A stretch of DNA of 64,000 bases from Takakia lepidozioides. Its lineage: Eukaryota > Plantae > Bryophyta. Both the position numbers and the translations under genes were made by a program. The stretch lies in the NCBI GenBank assembly GCA_030704615.1, contig CM060731.1, positions 41,292,001 to 41,356,000 on the forward strand. Direction: 5' to 3'. The notes beneath the pieces were generated by a model, which saw nothing but the letters and a program-made list of their open reading frames with translations, did no database searches and was not told where the DNA came from. The first letter of the stretch is position 1, and each line of letters begins with the position of its first letter. Positions 35,941 to 49,018 of this stretch are shown piece by piece.

Positions 35941-38900
35941 ATGGTTGGGAGGTTAGGTGCACAACATTGAGAATGTCGGCCAAGTAAATAAGAAATTAAT
36001 TAATTGGGCATTTTGAACCCCAGAATACACGAGTGGCTTACCACTAGGCCACAACCCTTTTGTGTAGTTTTACAAACATACACAGAAATGTTAGAAAAAG
36101 TAAAGAAATAAAAATGGATGAATCCCATATCCGGTACCGCATGGGACTGGCATTTTTTAAGATGGCATAATCGGTAGATTGAGAACCGGACAAAAAAAAA
36201 TTCATATGTTTAATGAGAACCTATAACCGAGATGTTTTTCAAACCTATTGGTATACCCTGCCTTGGCCATCCATTTTTTTCAAAGAGTAGGCCGTAACCG
36301 GGACCGGAAGAGGGCTCAAACATGGTACCCGGCCAACACTAGTAAATGCTCCCTCACTGTCATTGACATATACATAGCCTGCAATCCAAGGTTGTTACTG
36401 CAGAATACCAGATGAAAGCAGTTGCTCAAGATTCAAATTTCCTCTTCTTATTTTACCATAGATAAAGAAGGCTACACAATTCTAGGATAATATCTACTTT
36501 GCAAGGAGTGAGTAAATAATATTAACTATCAAACGGTCCCTTGGTATCCTGCTACTGAATCATCAAGAACAGATATGACTGAATTGCACTAAAGATACCT
36601 CGTATTGAGGACAAAACCCAATCCGACTTTGCTTATGCAGATAACCATATCGAACACTTGATCCACATATAAGAGCATATCCAAAGCTCACAGATTCAAT
36701 TCCAGCCAGACAATGCAACATTGTGCTTTTACCAGCTTTGTGGCCCCCTACCAGCACAACAATCTGCCAACATCCAGAACAAGGACGTGAGTGGTTCAAG
36801 CCTGGTTCAAACAAATTTAGATTCGGCAGTTTTGTACAAATTTATCAAAACAAGATAGCAACAACAGTAATTTATACCTCTCTAGTTCCCACTGCCAGCC
36901 ACAGATCTTGAAGCACACAGGTACCTCGTGTTGCCCCAACTCCACGAATGCCCTCCGATGAACCATAGCTCTGCAAAGAAGGCACAATTAGCAACTCTGA
37001 ACTCAAATTGTTTCAACCTAGCTAGAGCTTGAATACAAAGAGCCGCCTCCAGCGCACCTTTCCAAGGCTATAGCAGAGGATTGAATCCCCTCCGGTTCAT
37101 CATGAGCAATCCTCATGCCCTCCCAACGAGAAGCGCTTGACTAAACCCTCTCTTTCTCTTGGTCAATATCACTGCTGCTACTTAAACCTTCTCGAGTAAT
37201 GATTTCCTGCTCCATCTGCCCCAGTTTTTGTTTTGGGATCCAAGGATTGGGTCTCAAGTTGCCACAGGCAGACGACATATATGATAGAAAACAACCTCAC
37301 CGAACATGCGAAATTCTCTACGAGGCTCACAAAGCAGTTAGTAAGTTTCTTGATAAATGGTGGGTGTCCAAATGCCAAACCTATGCCCAAGACAAGAAAA
37401 ACTACACCAAAAAACAACACGAGATCATATAGCAAAGTAGCCAGCCAAAACGCTGGACTTTGCATACCGCTCACACGAAGCAGACTCAGAATGCCATTCT
37501 GCTTGTCAAGCACCACCTAGTGCACATACACCATTAATAGATGTTTACTACCCAGAAGAAAAAAATGTAGAAAATATATCAATCAAACTAACACTTAAAG
37601 AATGAACAAATATGCACTTCTAAACATTTGACACTAGGATAAACGACTTCAAGGCAACTGTCACCAACTGCTACTCTAAAACAACCCGTTGGAAGTAAGG
37701 AATGCACCTACGAGCAGAAGATAGAAGGGATGAACATGGGGCCATGGCTGCTGTTGGCTTTATATGATAATGGAATATGGCTGCTTGTATGCAGAGATGA
37801 AGGCGCATGGAGTGTGTTTGAATTGTAAGAAATCGAGAATATGCTAACAATTATTCTAGCCTTTGCAACCTGAAATTCTGGCTCAACATTTCTCATAAGT
37901 CCAAACTCACACACATAACAAAAAATGAGGATACACATTGGCCATTGCAAATGTGAGCAAGAACTGAAAAAAAAAAATCTTTGTGGGAAGTAATTTTGAG
38001 CAACAGAATCCCTATCAATGCAGCGTTTTGCAGTTTAACATGCCAGCCACTGATATTAACAAAGTTAGAAAACTCAATCCAAACCTCACTGTAGGCTCGA
38101 ATGAGTTTTAGTGTGAAGTTTGTGCTTTCAAGACTTTTAAAAACTCTCAAAAGTTGAGATCCTTCTACTGGACTGCATGAAGGTACCGCCCATCAAAGGC
38201 CACTGCAGAGCGTTCATGAACCAAGTGTATTAACTCTAAGTCATGACGCACTCACAAGGAATGTGTTAACGGGGAAGTCAATAGGTTCGGAGCTAAACAA
38301 ACGAGCAGGCAAAATTGTTAAAGTTGTATCAACATGAAAAAATTGTACAAAAGTGATCGATAGATCTACAGAAATGTATAGTGAAACTTGTGACACATTC
38401 GACTAGGCATTTAGAAAAATCAGGAACTAATGATCACTGACATCGCAACTTGCAGAGTATTTGCAAGATTTGCTGTCTCAGTTTTTGCGTAATATGGCAT
38501 GCAGTTTCTGCAGTGACCTCCCTCCGTGATTTTACCATATTTGTCCAACAACTCAATATTTAATCTAAATTTATGTGGTGTGGGATTTCTAACTACAATA
38601 GGTATGTGTACCAATTGTTAGATTGCAAAAACAATCATGTACCAAAGAGCCATGGACTTTTAAAGTTGATTACTATGGAGTGCAGATGTTATACATAAAA
38701 TCTAATGGACTGAAAAAACATCATGTACACTCATACAATGGCACAAAGGAAAACACACTAGGGGTGCCATTTTTAAATCCAACCCAAATCCATTTTTATA
38801 TGGACTAGTTATCTTAGAGATTGAGAGCTATGGACTATTTTGCACCTAAAAACAGGTTGATTTGCTCTAGTCCATAACATCTTATGTTTTGGGTTTTTGA

Positions 38901-39657
38901 GGTATCGTCTTTTACTAAAAAGACATACAAACATGGACAAGTGATTGTAAACTCTAGATTTTGACGTCTAAATGTTTTTTCATATTAACGATTAAAATAT
39001 ATAGTAAAAAATATTATCAATATTTGAGGAGGGACTCTTTACTAAAAAACTTATGTCTACTACTACCTATTTTTTTAAGAATAAACTGAAAGCAATAGAC
39101 TCAAAAATAAATAAAATCCATGGACTTCCAATGGACTCAACATGTGCCGCTTTTGATCCACCCAATCTTGCAACTGCTTTGCATATCTTGGCAAACCAAC
39201 CCTTCTTCTAGCACTCTTGCGAGCAAGAATCCTCGCCACAATCCTTGCGGCGTAGAATGGTTCTCTTAAGAGCCAGCACTACTGGCACCTGCATCATTCA
39301 CGTCCGGGAAGTGTTGCCATAACAGTCATACCCAAGTCGTGTTGAAGCGGAAAGGAAAGGGGCTCTGACAGAGGATGAGAAGCGGGAGAAACTTGAATAC
39401 ATTCAGCACAAATAATAAAACTACTCTACTCTAAGCAGATTTCTCAAATGCTTATAAGCTAATGCTATTAAGGGTCTTACCCCAATAGTAGTTGGTGCTA
39501 ATGGGCCGCCTGAAGCATTGGGTCCACTAGCTCTGCAACGCAACACTCCACAAAATATCCAATGATATCTAACCGTGGAAGTCTATCGATGCGTGTCCTT
39601 CTCACTAATTCCAGCTGTGTTGCTCTATAATCTTCTCATGCTGCTGCAGCCACTATC

Positions 39658-40662
39658 TCACTCAGTCGAAGCCCCAAAGTTGGGATCTATCGGATCATCT
39701 TGACCTTTGACGCCCGATTTCATTGCTTGGACGAAGGACCGGACCGAATATCTACTAACATCTTCGGGAAAAATGGATCCCCCTTCTCCATAGGGGTCTG
39801 GAATAACACCTCCATCAAAATCGTCACCATCCCCTCCACCTCTATCAAGCCCCCCACCGCCAGGTTGAGGTTGAGGCATGCCGTCTCTGGTGTACCTCAG
39901 ACCTGACCAATATCCCGGATGTAATGTAACAAGTTTAACCACTTTGTCGTTGCTGATAGTAATTGGCATATTGACCGTCATAGGAAACCTCGCAAAGAAA
40001 GCTTGTGCAGGATTGGTGTCGTGATCAACCTCATATCGACTAACAACCCTGACGCGCACTGCATGAGTGTAGTTTAAAAACCCCGGGTTCTGGTTCATCG
40101 CTCCGTCAGGCGTCGATATGAGGAAAGAATAAGGCTGAAAATCCAACCGTTGCGTTCCTAGCCAGGGTATGAATCGATGCGGGATCTAAGGTGACGAAGT
40201 GCCAATTAGGATAAGCACTTCACGGGATGCATGGTAATATTGCAATACTACCCCAATGTGCTTTCGAAAATCTCGTACCGGAATAGTTAAGTCTGCTGGG
40301 TACACCTTCCATGTAAGACTTGTACAAAAAGGCGTTGTGGACCTTGTCGACACTCCCGGTGGGGACGGCGTGTTGATTACGTCTGGGTACTCCATAGCTA
40401 CCCAGTATACTCCGCCCACCCTAATATGTGTGCTACCGATGAGCGGAGCTGCCCCAAACCTCGAAGCCATGGCAATAAACCTCACCCCCTTCGACTTAAA
40501 GCCCAAACACCCCCCCCCCCCCCCCCCCCCCCCACACACACAAACCCTAATAAATGTTCTCCCGGTCGAGTCCAGGTAGCCGAAATTACCAGCTACCAGA
40601 AGAACACTGTTGGTAACAACAAAGAGAACCACCGCCACCGAACTACTTCTAGCAGTGCACAA
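39658..40662 (-). pseudogene. About 1-kb degenerate ORF of unknown family (possibly retroelement ORF1-like)
   Basis: ORFs 40186-40662 and 39658-40146 are in the same frame, separated by one stop, with a poly-G expansion. No motif firmly recognised. Confidence 0.35.
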
Positions 40663-40890
40663 TCAACACTGCAAGACAACAGACAACATTCGATTCAAAA
40701 CCACCAAAATGCAATCCTAAAAGGACTACCACAAAGTGCTGCCTAAAGTTCTACATCCACCCCATTCAATCGCAACAACAGACGTAGACTACCTAACCAT
40801 AAAAAACACAACAATTCCTGCGAGCTCTCCCTATTTATACTCAAGGTCCATGCTAGAATTAGCCAAGATAACTATAGTGTGACCAACAAT

Positions 40891-40962
40891 CAGTAGCTCA
40901 GTTGGTAAAGTGCACTGAGTGCCATCCGGATGACCCTAGGGTCAAATCCTGCTACTTGACGG
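40891..40962 (+). mobile_element. tRNA-derived (SINE-like) head; partial second copy at about 50830-50875 (-)
   Basis: A box TAGCTCAGTTGG and B box GGGTCAAATCC. The segment cactgagtgccat...ggggtcaaatcctgcta is shared with the reverse complement at 50.83 kb. Confidence 0.6.
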
Positions 40963-42273
40963 GTGTGGTACGCTCTGCTCCCCCTTCCCTGCGCGGTGTC
41001 GCATCTGAAAGCCTTACGGCGAGGTTATTGAGAGGTTATTTTCTCCTCTCTCTATCAAGGGGCCTGATTTGTGAGCTGTCGCTCCCAGGCAACCATTCTT
41101 TTAGTGGCGAATAATCGCTAGATTTTGACCTCGCGCGGGTCTTGACGATATGGGTAAAGGGAAATGAGGCTGGAAATTATCACTTTTCGCCAAAAACTGA
41201 TCTGATGGGCCCATCATTCGCTAGAGGGGCCGCCACAGGGAGGCACATGGCGTCATATTGAGTGAAGACAGTTTACAGCAGAGGAGCCAGATCCCAGACC
41301 ACGTGCAGGACATCGCTGCATTCTAAGTGCGCGGGAGGACGTGGAGCCAGCTATGTTGCCCATATGGGTAAGTATAGTGTAATCTGTATAGATAGACTTT
41401 GTAGTGATATGTTTATAACATGTGTATGGGTAGCTTAGTGGTAGACATCTCCCACCCAAGCCAATTGACTTGGCATCCAATTCCTAACACCTTAACGTTT
41501 TTTTGATAGTAACCTGGTTTGGATGATAAAGTTCCTAAATATGAGAAGGTGGCCGCTGAGGAGGGCAAAAGGGTGAGAGGAGGCTGATAATCAAAAGGGT
41601 GGCAGAGGGTTACAAAAACGGAATGAGAATGTCATTTATTCATTGTTTTTGGGATGAAAGGACACATGTCAGCAAATTTAGGACCTAAAAAAAAAAAAAA
41701 ACTAAAACACACATCTTCTTCCTTCTTTCATTTTTTTCCTCCCATAAAACACAAAACTAAACATAGTGACATATAATCTTCATTACTGTTCACAAGCTTT
41801 GTGAGCCAAGTTACTTGGTAATTTTATTTGTATTTCCAAGAGCCTTGCAAACATTGATACTTCTTATCTATGTGCCATGTAGCATTAGGTAGGGTCTTTT
41901 TGGGCCAGGGTTCAAATATGCCACTTAGTGTAGATTGACTGAAATGCAATATAAGCCAATTTAAGGTTTTCTACTTATGAATGGTGGTTTAAATTTTTTT
42001 GGTGGTGTTTGGCATAATTTCTGCCTAGTCTCCAATGATGCCTAAACCCTCCAATTTGCTATGTTAATTCTGGGTTATTCGCCTCAACAAGTCTACTAGG
42101 TTTTAGGTTCACTCGCCCAACACCCATTCAAAATCTCATATTATCGCCAGCCATTTCCACTACACATTTTGTACAAGCGCCAGACGTGCTCCCCTAAGGT
42201 TCTAATGGATGCCACTTGTGCTACAGTGTAAATACCTTAAGAGAAACGCTGCTCCCAGGCGTTCCCCTTTTTA

Positions 42274-42306
<33 letters not shown>

Positions 42307-45300
42307 CTATAGTGTAACTGCATACTTTAGTTATCTAGTCCAATTGTATTGTAGCAGCTATTATTGCACTTTGACTTATGATCCGAGTAACTGTGAGTAG
42401 AAATAACTTGTTCTCCCCATATTGTGGTCCCCCCCAAAGGAGCGTTGCAGAGATGATGTTTGAAGCCAATGGGAATGCACTTTTGTTGGGGAAGGGTTGA
42501 GAATTGAGAAAAAAAGTGCTGTATCTGTTGGTATTAAATTGCTGAAACTTTTCTGGAGCTGCTATATTTAGGTATTGTATTCGATTTCTGACAAAATGCA
42601 GTTGAAATTTGATGTCTTACAGAGAAGATTTTAATCTTTAGTGCAGATTGTTCGTGAGCCACACTATACATTCATGGACTAATGTACCTGCTTTGAAGGA
42701 ACTGGAATGATTGACAGGAAAGCCAAGACAACCATCGTAGCAGAGCGATTATAGACTTTTTTGAATATCTGCAGACTGCATAGAACAGTGGTGAATGGTT
42801 TCTGGAATATCATGATGTTGATATGAGGTGATCTGCAGGGGCTTCTTTTTGTGTGTGGGAGTAATAGCGGGAATGCTGACCAGGGATTCACGTGTTGTGG
42901 AGAGGAAAAAACCTGGTAAAGCAAAGGCGCGCAAAAGCTTCCAATGGATCAAGAGATAGTTTTATCAATTTTTGGTCTTTCTACATCAAACTACGAAGTT
43001 CTGGTACTCCTTTTTCCCATACTTTCCTGTGGGATTGGAACTGGATTTCTCGACCCTTGCATTAATTGTTGGATTCATTGTGTTTGGGAGAGCTATTTTG
43101 GGGTCTTCGCGCATGAGCCACATCTATGTGAGTCAGATCTGTGCATAGACTCCGTACACCAGGGTCCAGTTCCCGATACACTGGAGTACACTGCATACAG
43201 AATTGCTTGGCATCACGAGCTGAATACCAGAAGAAGACCTCCGAGGGTGGACATGTCCTAAATGCAAGAAGCTGAAATTTTGATCCTAATTTGTCATCTG
43301 CACTTTTCAAAGATGTAATGGATAGAGTTCGTTGCTGCAAACCTGAGTATACCTCGTTTGACCAATGCTCTGATTTGCTCAAAGTTCCTCTTAAAATGGC
43401 TTTGAATGTATGATTCCATTTCCTCGTCTGCCAAGTGTGACAGTATGTAATTTTCAGTTCATTAAGAATGCGAAACAACCATTTTTCCAGCTCTGTAGAC
43501 TTTGCCTACAGTATCTTGTGGCTGACTACTGCTTCCCTGTCCTATGAACCAGTACTAAATTCTAGGTTGATAAAACAACCTATATTATTCATCATAAGGT
43601 ACCTTTGTGATATTGATTCATTCTTGATACTCGACTTTTGCGAACCCATTTCTACTTGTGTCCACTCATCCCAGGTGTATTGTGGTCGCCAATGCACATC
43701 ACATCAGGTTAGCCGGAAATTGCCACGGCAGTTCAGATTTGTCACTTTGTTCAGGGTGTCCATGACAATGTGAGAAAAGCAACCTCCACTAATTCAACAG
43801 CACTTGCAGAGCAAATGCTTTCTTAAAAGTGAGACAGTCTAAGCATCAAGTAGAGAGTTTAGTACAGTCAGAAGCGTGGGGATTGGTAACCGTCATGTAT
43901 GCGCACGACAATCAGATGGGTTTATGTGTGGTTGCAGAATTAGGAGTGCAACCCTCCAGCAAAGTGGCAAGGGACGGTGTGATAATACCCCACAGAGTGC
44001 AGTGACCCCGCGCTCAGTTTGAGCAGAACACAAACGGACAGAAACGACCTTTGTCAGGGGCTGATGCCGGTAGTATGATGTTGAGCTTTTATGAGTGGAA
44101 GTTTTAGCACTCACTTGTGCGACAATCAAGTGGAATAGACAGATTTGCATGTGCCAAGTAAGAGATCATGCCATTGCTGATGGAGTTGTTATGCAGATGC
44201 ACGAGATCGACTCTCATTTTGAGATTTGCACTAGTCATTTGTTCCATAATGTTTCCTCCAGTTCCACAGAGTCAGACATGAGTTCAAACTGTGAACCCCA
44301 CATTCATTCCAGGGACTAAACAGCACTGCGTGGAAGCACTGCCTTCACAATACTTACAATCACCAGCAATTATCCAGGCTTTGAGCTCCACTCGCACATG
44401 CGCACGTTATTTCAAGTTGGTGGAGCCTCTAAGCTACACAGTAATTTCCATGTACCCGTGACCAGTGATATCACGAGATGTCTCGCACTTGAAATGCTTG
44501 TGAGGCGCAAGTAATATAGTAATAAGTCCGCACAGCGGAAACTCCATCCAACGGATTTGTCTCGTACCCAAGTGGGGATTTGAATCTCTGTACTGAGCTG
44601 ATCAGTTTAGCGTGGACGTTGATGCAGGTGGCCTCATTGATATATGCATGCCAACTTCAGTTGGGAACCTGCTCTAGTCAGGACTCCATGCCCGCTAGAA
44701 ATGAGAGACAGATGGTTGTTTGAGCCATGTGATTCGACATAGGGTGTTTCTGTGTCTGACTTCCATGCTGCGTGCTGTCTGGTTGTTGTAATTTTTATAT
44801 GCAGAAAGGTGCAGAAAGGTGCAGAAAGGACTCAACTAGCCTCCAAGATTGTTCGGGTAGGATGTCTGAACTAGCTGAGTAAGCCATGGCCCCACAGTCA
44901 ATCTGATGAGATGAGTAAGGTGGTATTTACAAGTAATGAGGTGACTTTTTGTGGCACCCACACTGACCACGGGCATCCAATCCCAGCTATATCTATGGCC
45001 TATCACCTACCAAACTCAAACTGACCTGGCAAGTATCAATAAAACCTCTGAAAGCTGCTTCGCTACACCTCGTACAATTAGGTCGTTTGCCACAATATAT
45101 GGGTTCTTGGGCCCATTGAGACATGGAACCTCAGTTGGGGGTGGAACAAGCCTGAGGGAATATACACTACCTCCGGCCCATCTAACAGGAAGGAAGAAAT
45201 TTTATAACATGCACAGGAAGCTTAAAAAGAACTTATGGGACAACGAAAAGTAAACTAAGCTTGTGAGTCTCGGAAAGACAAAAGCCTTACAAGAACTGTG

Positions 45301-45437
45301 TCAACTTCTGCAGAGACAGCGCTTTCATTCGGTTACTACCAGCATGGAAGGGACATCAACACCAGAATAAGCCTATACTCTGAAAATCTGTACCAAAACA
45401 TCAGCATCAACTACATCATCATATAGACAACAAAGCA

Positions 45438-45733
45438 TGTGGGCTCTTGATCAGCGTCTCTGCTCACTCCAGAGACGAAGAAAAACCGGCGCAGAGAAGC
45501 ACAGAGCTGGAGGGCCTGCCAAGCCGACCAGCCTTGGTCTCACACGTTCCGGGAGGCCCCCCCTAGGGACACGGGGCCTCTTATATATTGTACATATATT
45601 ACATTGTTTGCCCAATAGCGCCGCTGTGGCAAACCTCCGAGGGTGCTGCAGGCGCCGCCTACACACCCACCGGGATTCGAACCTAAACCAATGTGGGTCT
45701 CGACTGTGCGAGCTGGCCAGTACGCCATCCACA
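45438..45733 (-). mobile_element. 296-bp element with tRNA-like Pol III head and TGTGG...CCACA ends (solo-LTR/TRIM-like or SINE)
   Basis: A box TGGCGTACTGG, 33-nt spacer, B box GGTTCGAATCC, internal TATATAAG and 5-bp inverted termini. GC-rich against AT-rich flanks. No TSD seen. Confidence 0.5.
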
Positions 45734-47901
45734 GTGAGCTAGAAGATAATGTTCATATCAAATAATTTAACCACTTATACTTACAATTCCATACTCTTCA
45801 ATACCTGATACGTTACATTGACTATGCCTAAGGCTATACCGATTATTGCTGGTCTATCTCTTCTCGGGTGATGCAGGGATATGTGGGTCATTCAGCTCAA
45901 ACTTGGATGAGACTTTGTCGCTTTGTCTTGCTCTGCTCTTATATGGCTGTTGTTTAGGTGTCACCTGGGGGTTCCTCTTCGTAAATGTCCTATACCACCT
46001 GCGAACATGGGGTATTTAAAAAGTTTCTATATAATGTAACTTTTGTGAATTTAAAAAGTTTCTATATGTATGTATTGTCTTAAAATTTAAATCGCCTAAG
46101 TATGTAATATTGTAAAAAGTAGGTTGTTAGAATACCCCCTTATGTAGATCATCCCTTCTATAGTTCACACCATGATACAAAGAAAATAATGTTAGTTTTA
46201 AGTCTTACAGTGGGGTAAAATAAAACCAGACATGTGACTGTCATACACATACCCCTTCTGTAAGTTATAATTCACTAAAAAACTAACCCCCTTCAGTATT
46301 TATATTTATGTAACTAAATATATTGAAAAGTTCTTTTTCAGTACAAACATTTGTTTGCACGTTTGCACGTGACGTGTTACATGTCTCAGGTACCATCGAG
46401 TTTGCAGCGATGTGAAGGACAGCCAAAGCCTGATATAATATTTAGCAACTGCTCCAGCCCCATCTGCAAACGAAGACTTTATTGTAAGTAGCATTCAAAA
46501 CAATTTTGTTGAGCTACTCCCCATCATATTAAAGTTTTGTCGTTATCATAATCTTTGAAGTTTCGGATGTCTGAGTGGGCTTGCAGCCTTGAGATAGACC
46601 GATAGTACAGATAGCACTGGAATGATCGGATTGGAATTGAAAGAGCTGCAATATTGCTTCAAGGGTCTTTGATGTCAGCCCAAAATTCACCACCTAGGAA
46701 CATCCCACAATGTTCATTCAACTGAAAGCTTGTGGACCGGCCCCTTGCCATATTGACAAACTAGATGGTCATAAGTCCCGGCCCAAGACATGAAGGTGGA
46801 CTCCACAGAAACAGTGGAGTTGGCCCCAGCATCATGTTATATCTTGCCATGACATCCTGCCAACTTATTTTCCTGTACATAGCTTTCGCGCGCCCTACTA
46901 TCCCAGGTGGCTGGAATGAGCCATAGTTCATAGTTCATAGTTGATTCATAGTTAGCCGGACTTTGAGAAATATCATGAGTGTATAAGTCAAGTTTGGTCG
47001 AAGTTTGGAACCATACAGATAGTGTTGGAATGATTCTTTTAAAGTAAAACTGCATTACTTGAGGTGCACAGCATGAGACGTATAGGAAGTAGTCATCACC
47101 TACAAGCACCCACACACAGCACAGGTGAACAAAAGCATGCTTGTCAGACATAGCTGTTAGTGAAGCGGGTAATCATCTACGCAAAAGCAGAGTTGAATGT
47201 TTTCAGTATATTGGGCAATGGGCAATGTTGGGTCAGCTGACCAGACCAGGTAGCAGCCCATTTTTGGTCTGCAACATCAGCCTAGGCCACTGTAGGAAGC
47301 GTCTACCGACCTTGAGTCAAACTGGAAGAAGCTTGAGAGACTAAGTCAAGCCCTCCCACTGGTCCCCCTACGACATACCCTAAAGGGCAGGGTCCTGCCG
47401 TCCTGACTGATATATTACTACTGAAGCCAGTCAGGGCTGGAATTACCTACACCACAACGAGCGTTGATCTAGTACCCTGGATTCGTTAAACAATCTGTCA
47501 TTCAAGCACCCTGCGAGGTGTCGATGAATGAAATCGATATAGGCTTAGGCATAGTCAATGTAACGTATCAGATATTGAGGAGTATGGTTTGTAGACAGAA
47601 ATTCTAGAGAAGACCGAAGGTCGGAAGCTAGTTTAGCGTAGAGCAGGAATAGGGTGCCATAGTGCCACGTCATCGTAGCCAGGTCATCGTCGTCGTCAAT
47701 TTCTTTGGAATCTGCCCGGACGGCCCGCGAGAAATAGGCCAATAGAAATTGCCGCGCCAACGTTTTTGGAACTGCCCGCAATGCCCGGATCTTGATCTTC
47801 TTGAACTGCAGGAGCTCTGCAGGAGCTCTGTGTTTTCCGCCATCGTTCACCTTGCAAGCACAAGCATGGATAGCTGAAAGAGCAGGGATCGAGCAAATGA
47901 A

Positions 47902-47952
47902 ATATGTCGTGAATCAAAGCGACAAACCATCAATGCTGAGGATGTGCTCAAA
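47902..47952 (+). pseudogene. Histone-fold (DPB4/NF-YB-like) gene fragment, copy 1
   Basis: Translates ICRESKRQTINAEDVLK; near-identical DNA at 49922-49963. Confidence 0.6.
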
Positions 47953-48105
47953 TTATGTCTTAAGCTATCCATCGGAAGTTCCAGAAAGTAGTTGAAAAGC
48001 GATTACTTCTGTTCATGTTAGGGCAATTCAATTTTAAGCTTAGTATCGTAACCTCTCTCTTTGCCAAGCTACTTGTTTTGAAGTGTTCTTTGGGTACATT
48101 TGCAG

Positions 48106-49018
48106 GTTCTTTCCTGTCCAAAAAAATTGAGCACTATGGAAAGCAGAAAACGAGATCACAAAGGGTCTCAAAGAGATCATCCAAGCCCGGCGTGACTCTG
48201 TGATTCTTGGAAAAAGTGCCGAATTTGGAAATAATCTGCTAGGTATAATGTTGTTTGTAAGTGAGGACAACCCCCGAGACAACCACAAGGCCAATCCTAC
48301 ACAACCCCGACTCACAAACCAGCAGGTGGTAGATGAGTGCAAGACCTGCTTCTTTGCTGGCCATGAAACCAGCACGGTTTCTCTGACATGTACTTTGATG
48401 TTGCTGTCGGTATATCCTGAGTGGCAGGATCGACTGCGTAGAGAAGTGCAGGAGGTTTGCAAAGGCGCGTCTCCTGATAGCCAGAAACTCGGCAAACTGA
48501 AACTTGTGAGTTCTGAGCCTCAAATATCAAACCATCTTGAGCAAGTGTCTAGATTCTCTTTTGCCTATCAAGCCATCAGGGTTTCCTCTCTCTATGTTGC
48601 CCTCTACATTGTATTCAAGACTAGGGGCTGATTTGTTGTTTTGGTGTACACTGTTTCACAAATGTCGTCAGTGCATTCAATTGGTAATCTGAAACTTGAT
48701 TAGCAACAGTATTGCACTCGACTGTTCGTTGGCATCCTCGTGAAGGCTTGAGTTCTGGAGTCTTGTTATTTAATTGACATGAGCATGACTCTGTTGTCTA
48801 CAGGTTGGAATGGTGTTGAATGAATGTATGCGGCTTTACCCTCCTGTTCCACATCTGTCTCGGCAGGCTGCAAAAGACCTTGGTTGGGCAATCTGCTCAT
48901 CCCAAAAGGACTTACTATTATCACCAACCAAGTCCAAATGCATCACGATCCACAGCTGTGGGATGAGGATGCCCTTGAATTCAACCCTGAGTGATTTGTT
49001 GGAGGAATCTCCAATGTG
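48106..49018 (+). pseudogene. Cytochrome P450 (CYP72-clan-like) fragment, 2 exons (48106-48505, 48804-about 49018) with intron
   Basis: VVDECKTCFFAGHETS (I-helix), MVLNECMRLYPP (ExxR), HHDPQLWDEDALEFNPE* (PERF region). Contains stops and a frameshift; no N-terminus and no heme motif. Confidence 0.85.

Larger units (their letters stand above)
33356..36341. mobile_element. Non-autonomous hAT-like DNA transposon (2986 bp) with composite interior
   Basis: 14-bp TIRs (C/T)AGTGTTGGCCGGG, perfect 8-bp TSD GTAAATGC (33348-33355 and 36342-36349), and ACCGG-rich subterminal regions. No transposase ORF. Removing it restores the ABCA reading frame EHLQLHAALK. Confidence 0.9.
32140..37880 (-). pseudogene. 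ABC transporter subfamily A (ABCA) pseudogene, 3' part
   Basis: Exons read VVLDKQNGILSLLRVSGMQSPAFWLATLLYD, GGHKAGKSTMLHCLAG..IGFCPQYE (Walker A), MTVREHL|QLHAALK (split by the insertion), LSLAVALLGSPHVLMLDKPSSGMD and KIKDYVVSQPTLQQVF. Lesions: exonic transposon, a donor reading ATAAG instead of GTAAG near 32595, and a frameshift near 32230. Confidence 0.85.

Noticed and set aside
38640-39140. AT-rich segment with repeated ATGGAC motifs (MITE-like)
   Set aside because: No convincing TIR/TSD pair could be defined.
40891-40962. Functional tRNA genes at the A/B-box sites (also 34.5, 36.0, 45.7 kb)
   Set aside because: I could not build complete cloverleafs with acceptor stems, so these are treated as tRNA-derived repeats.
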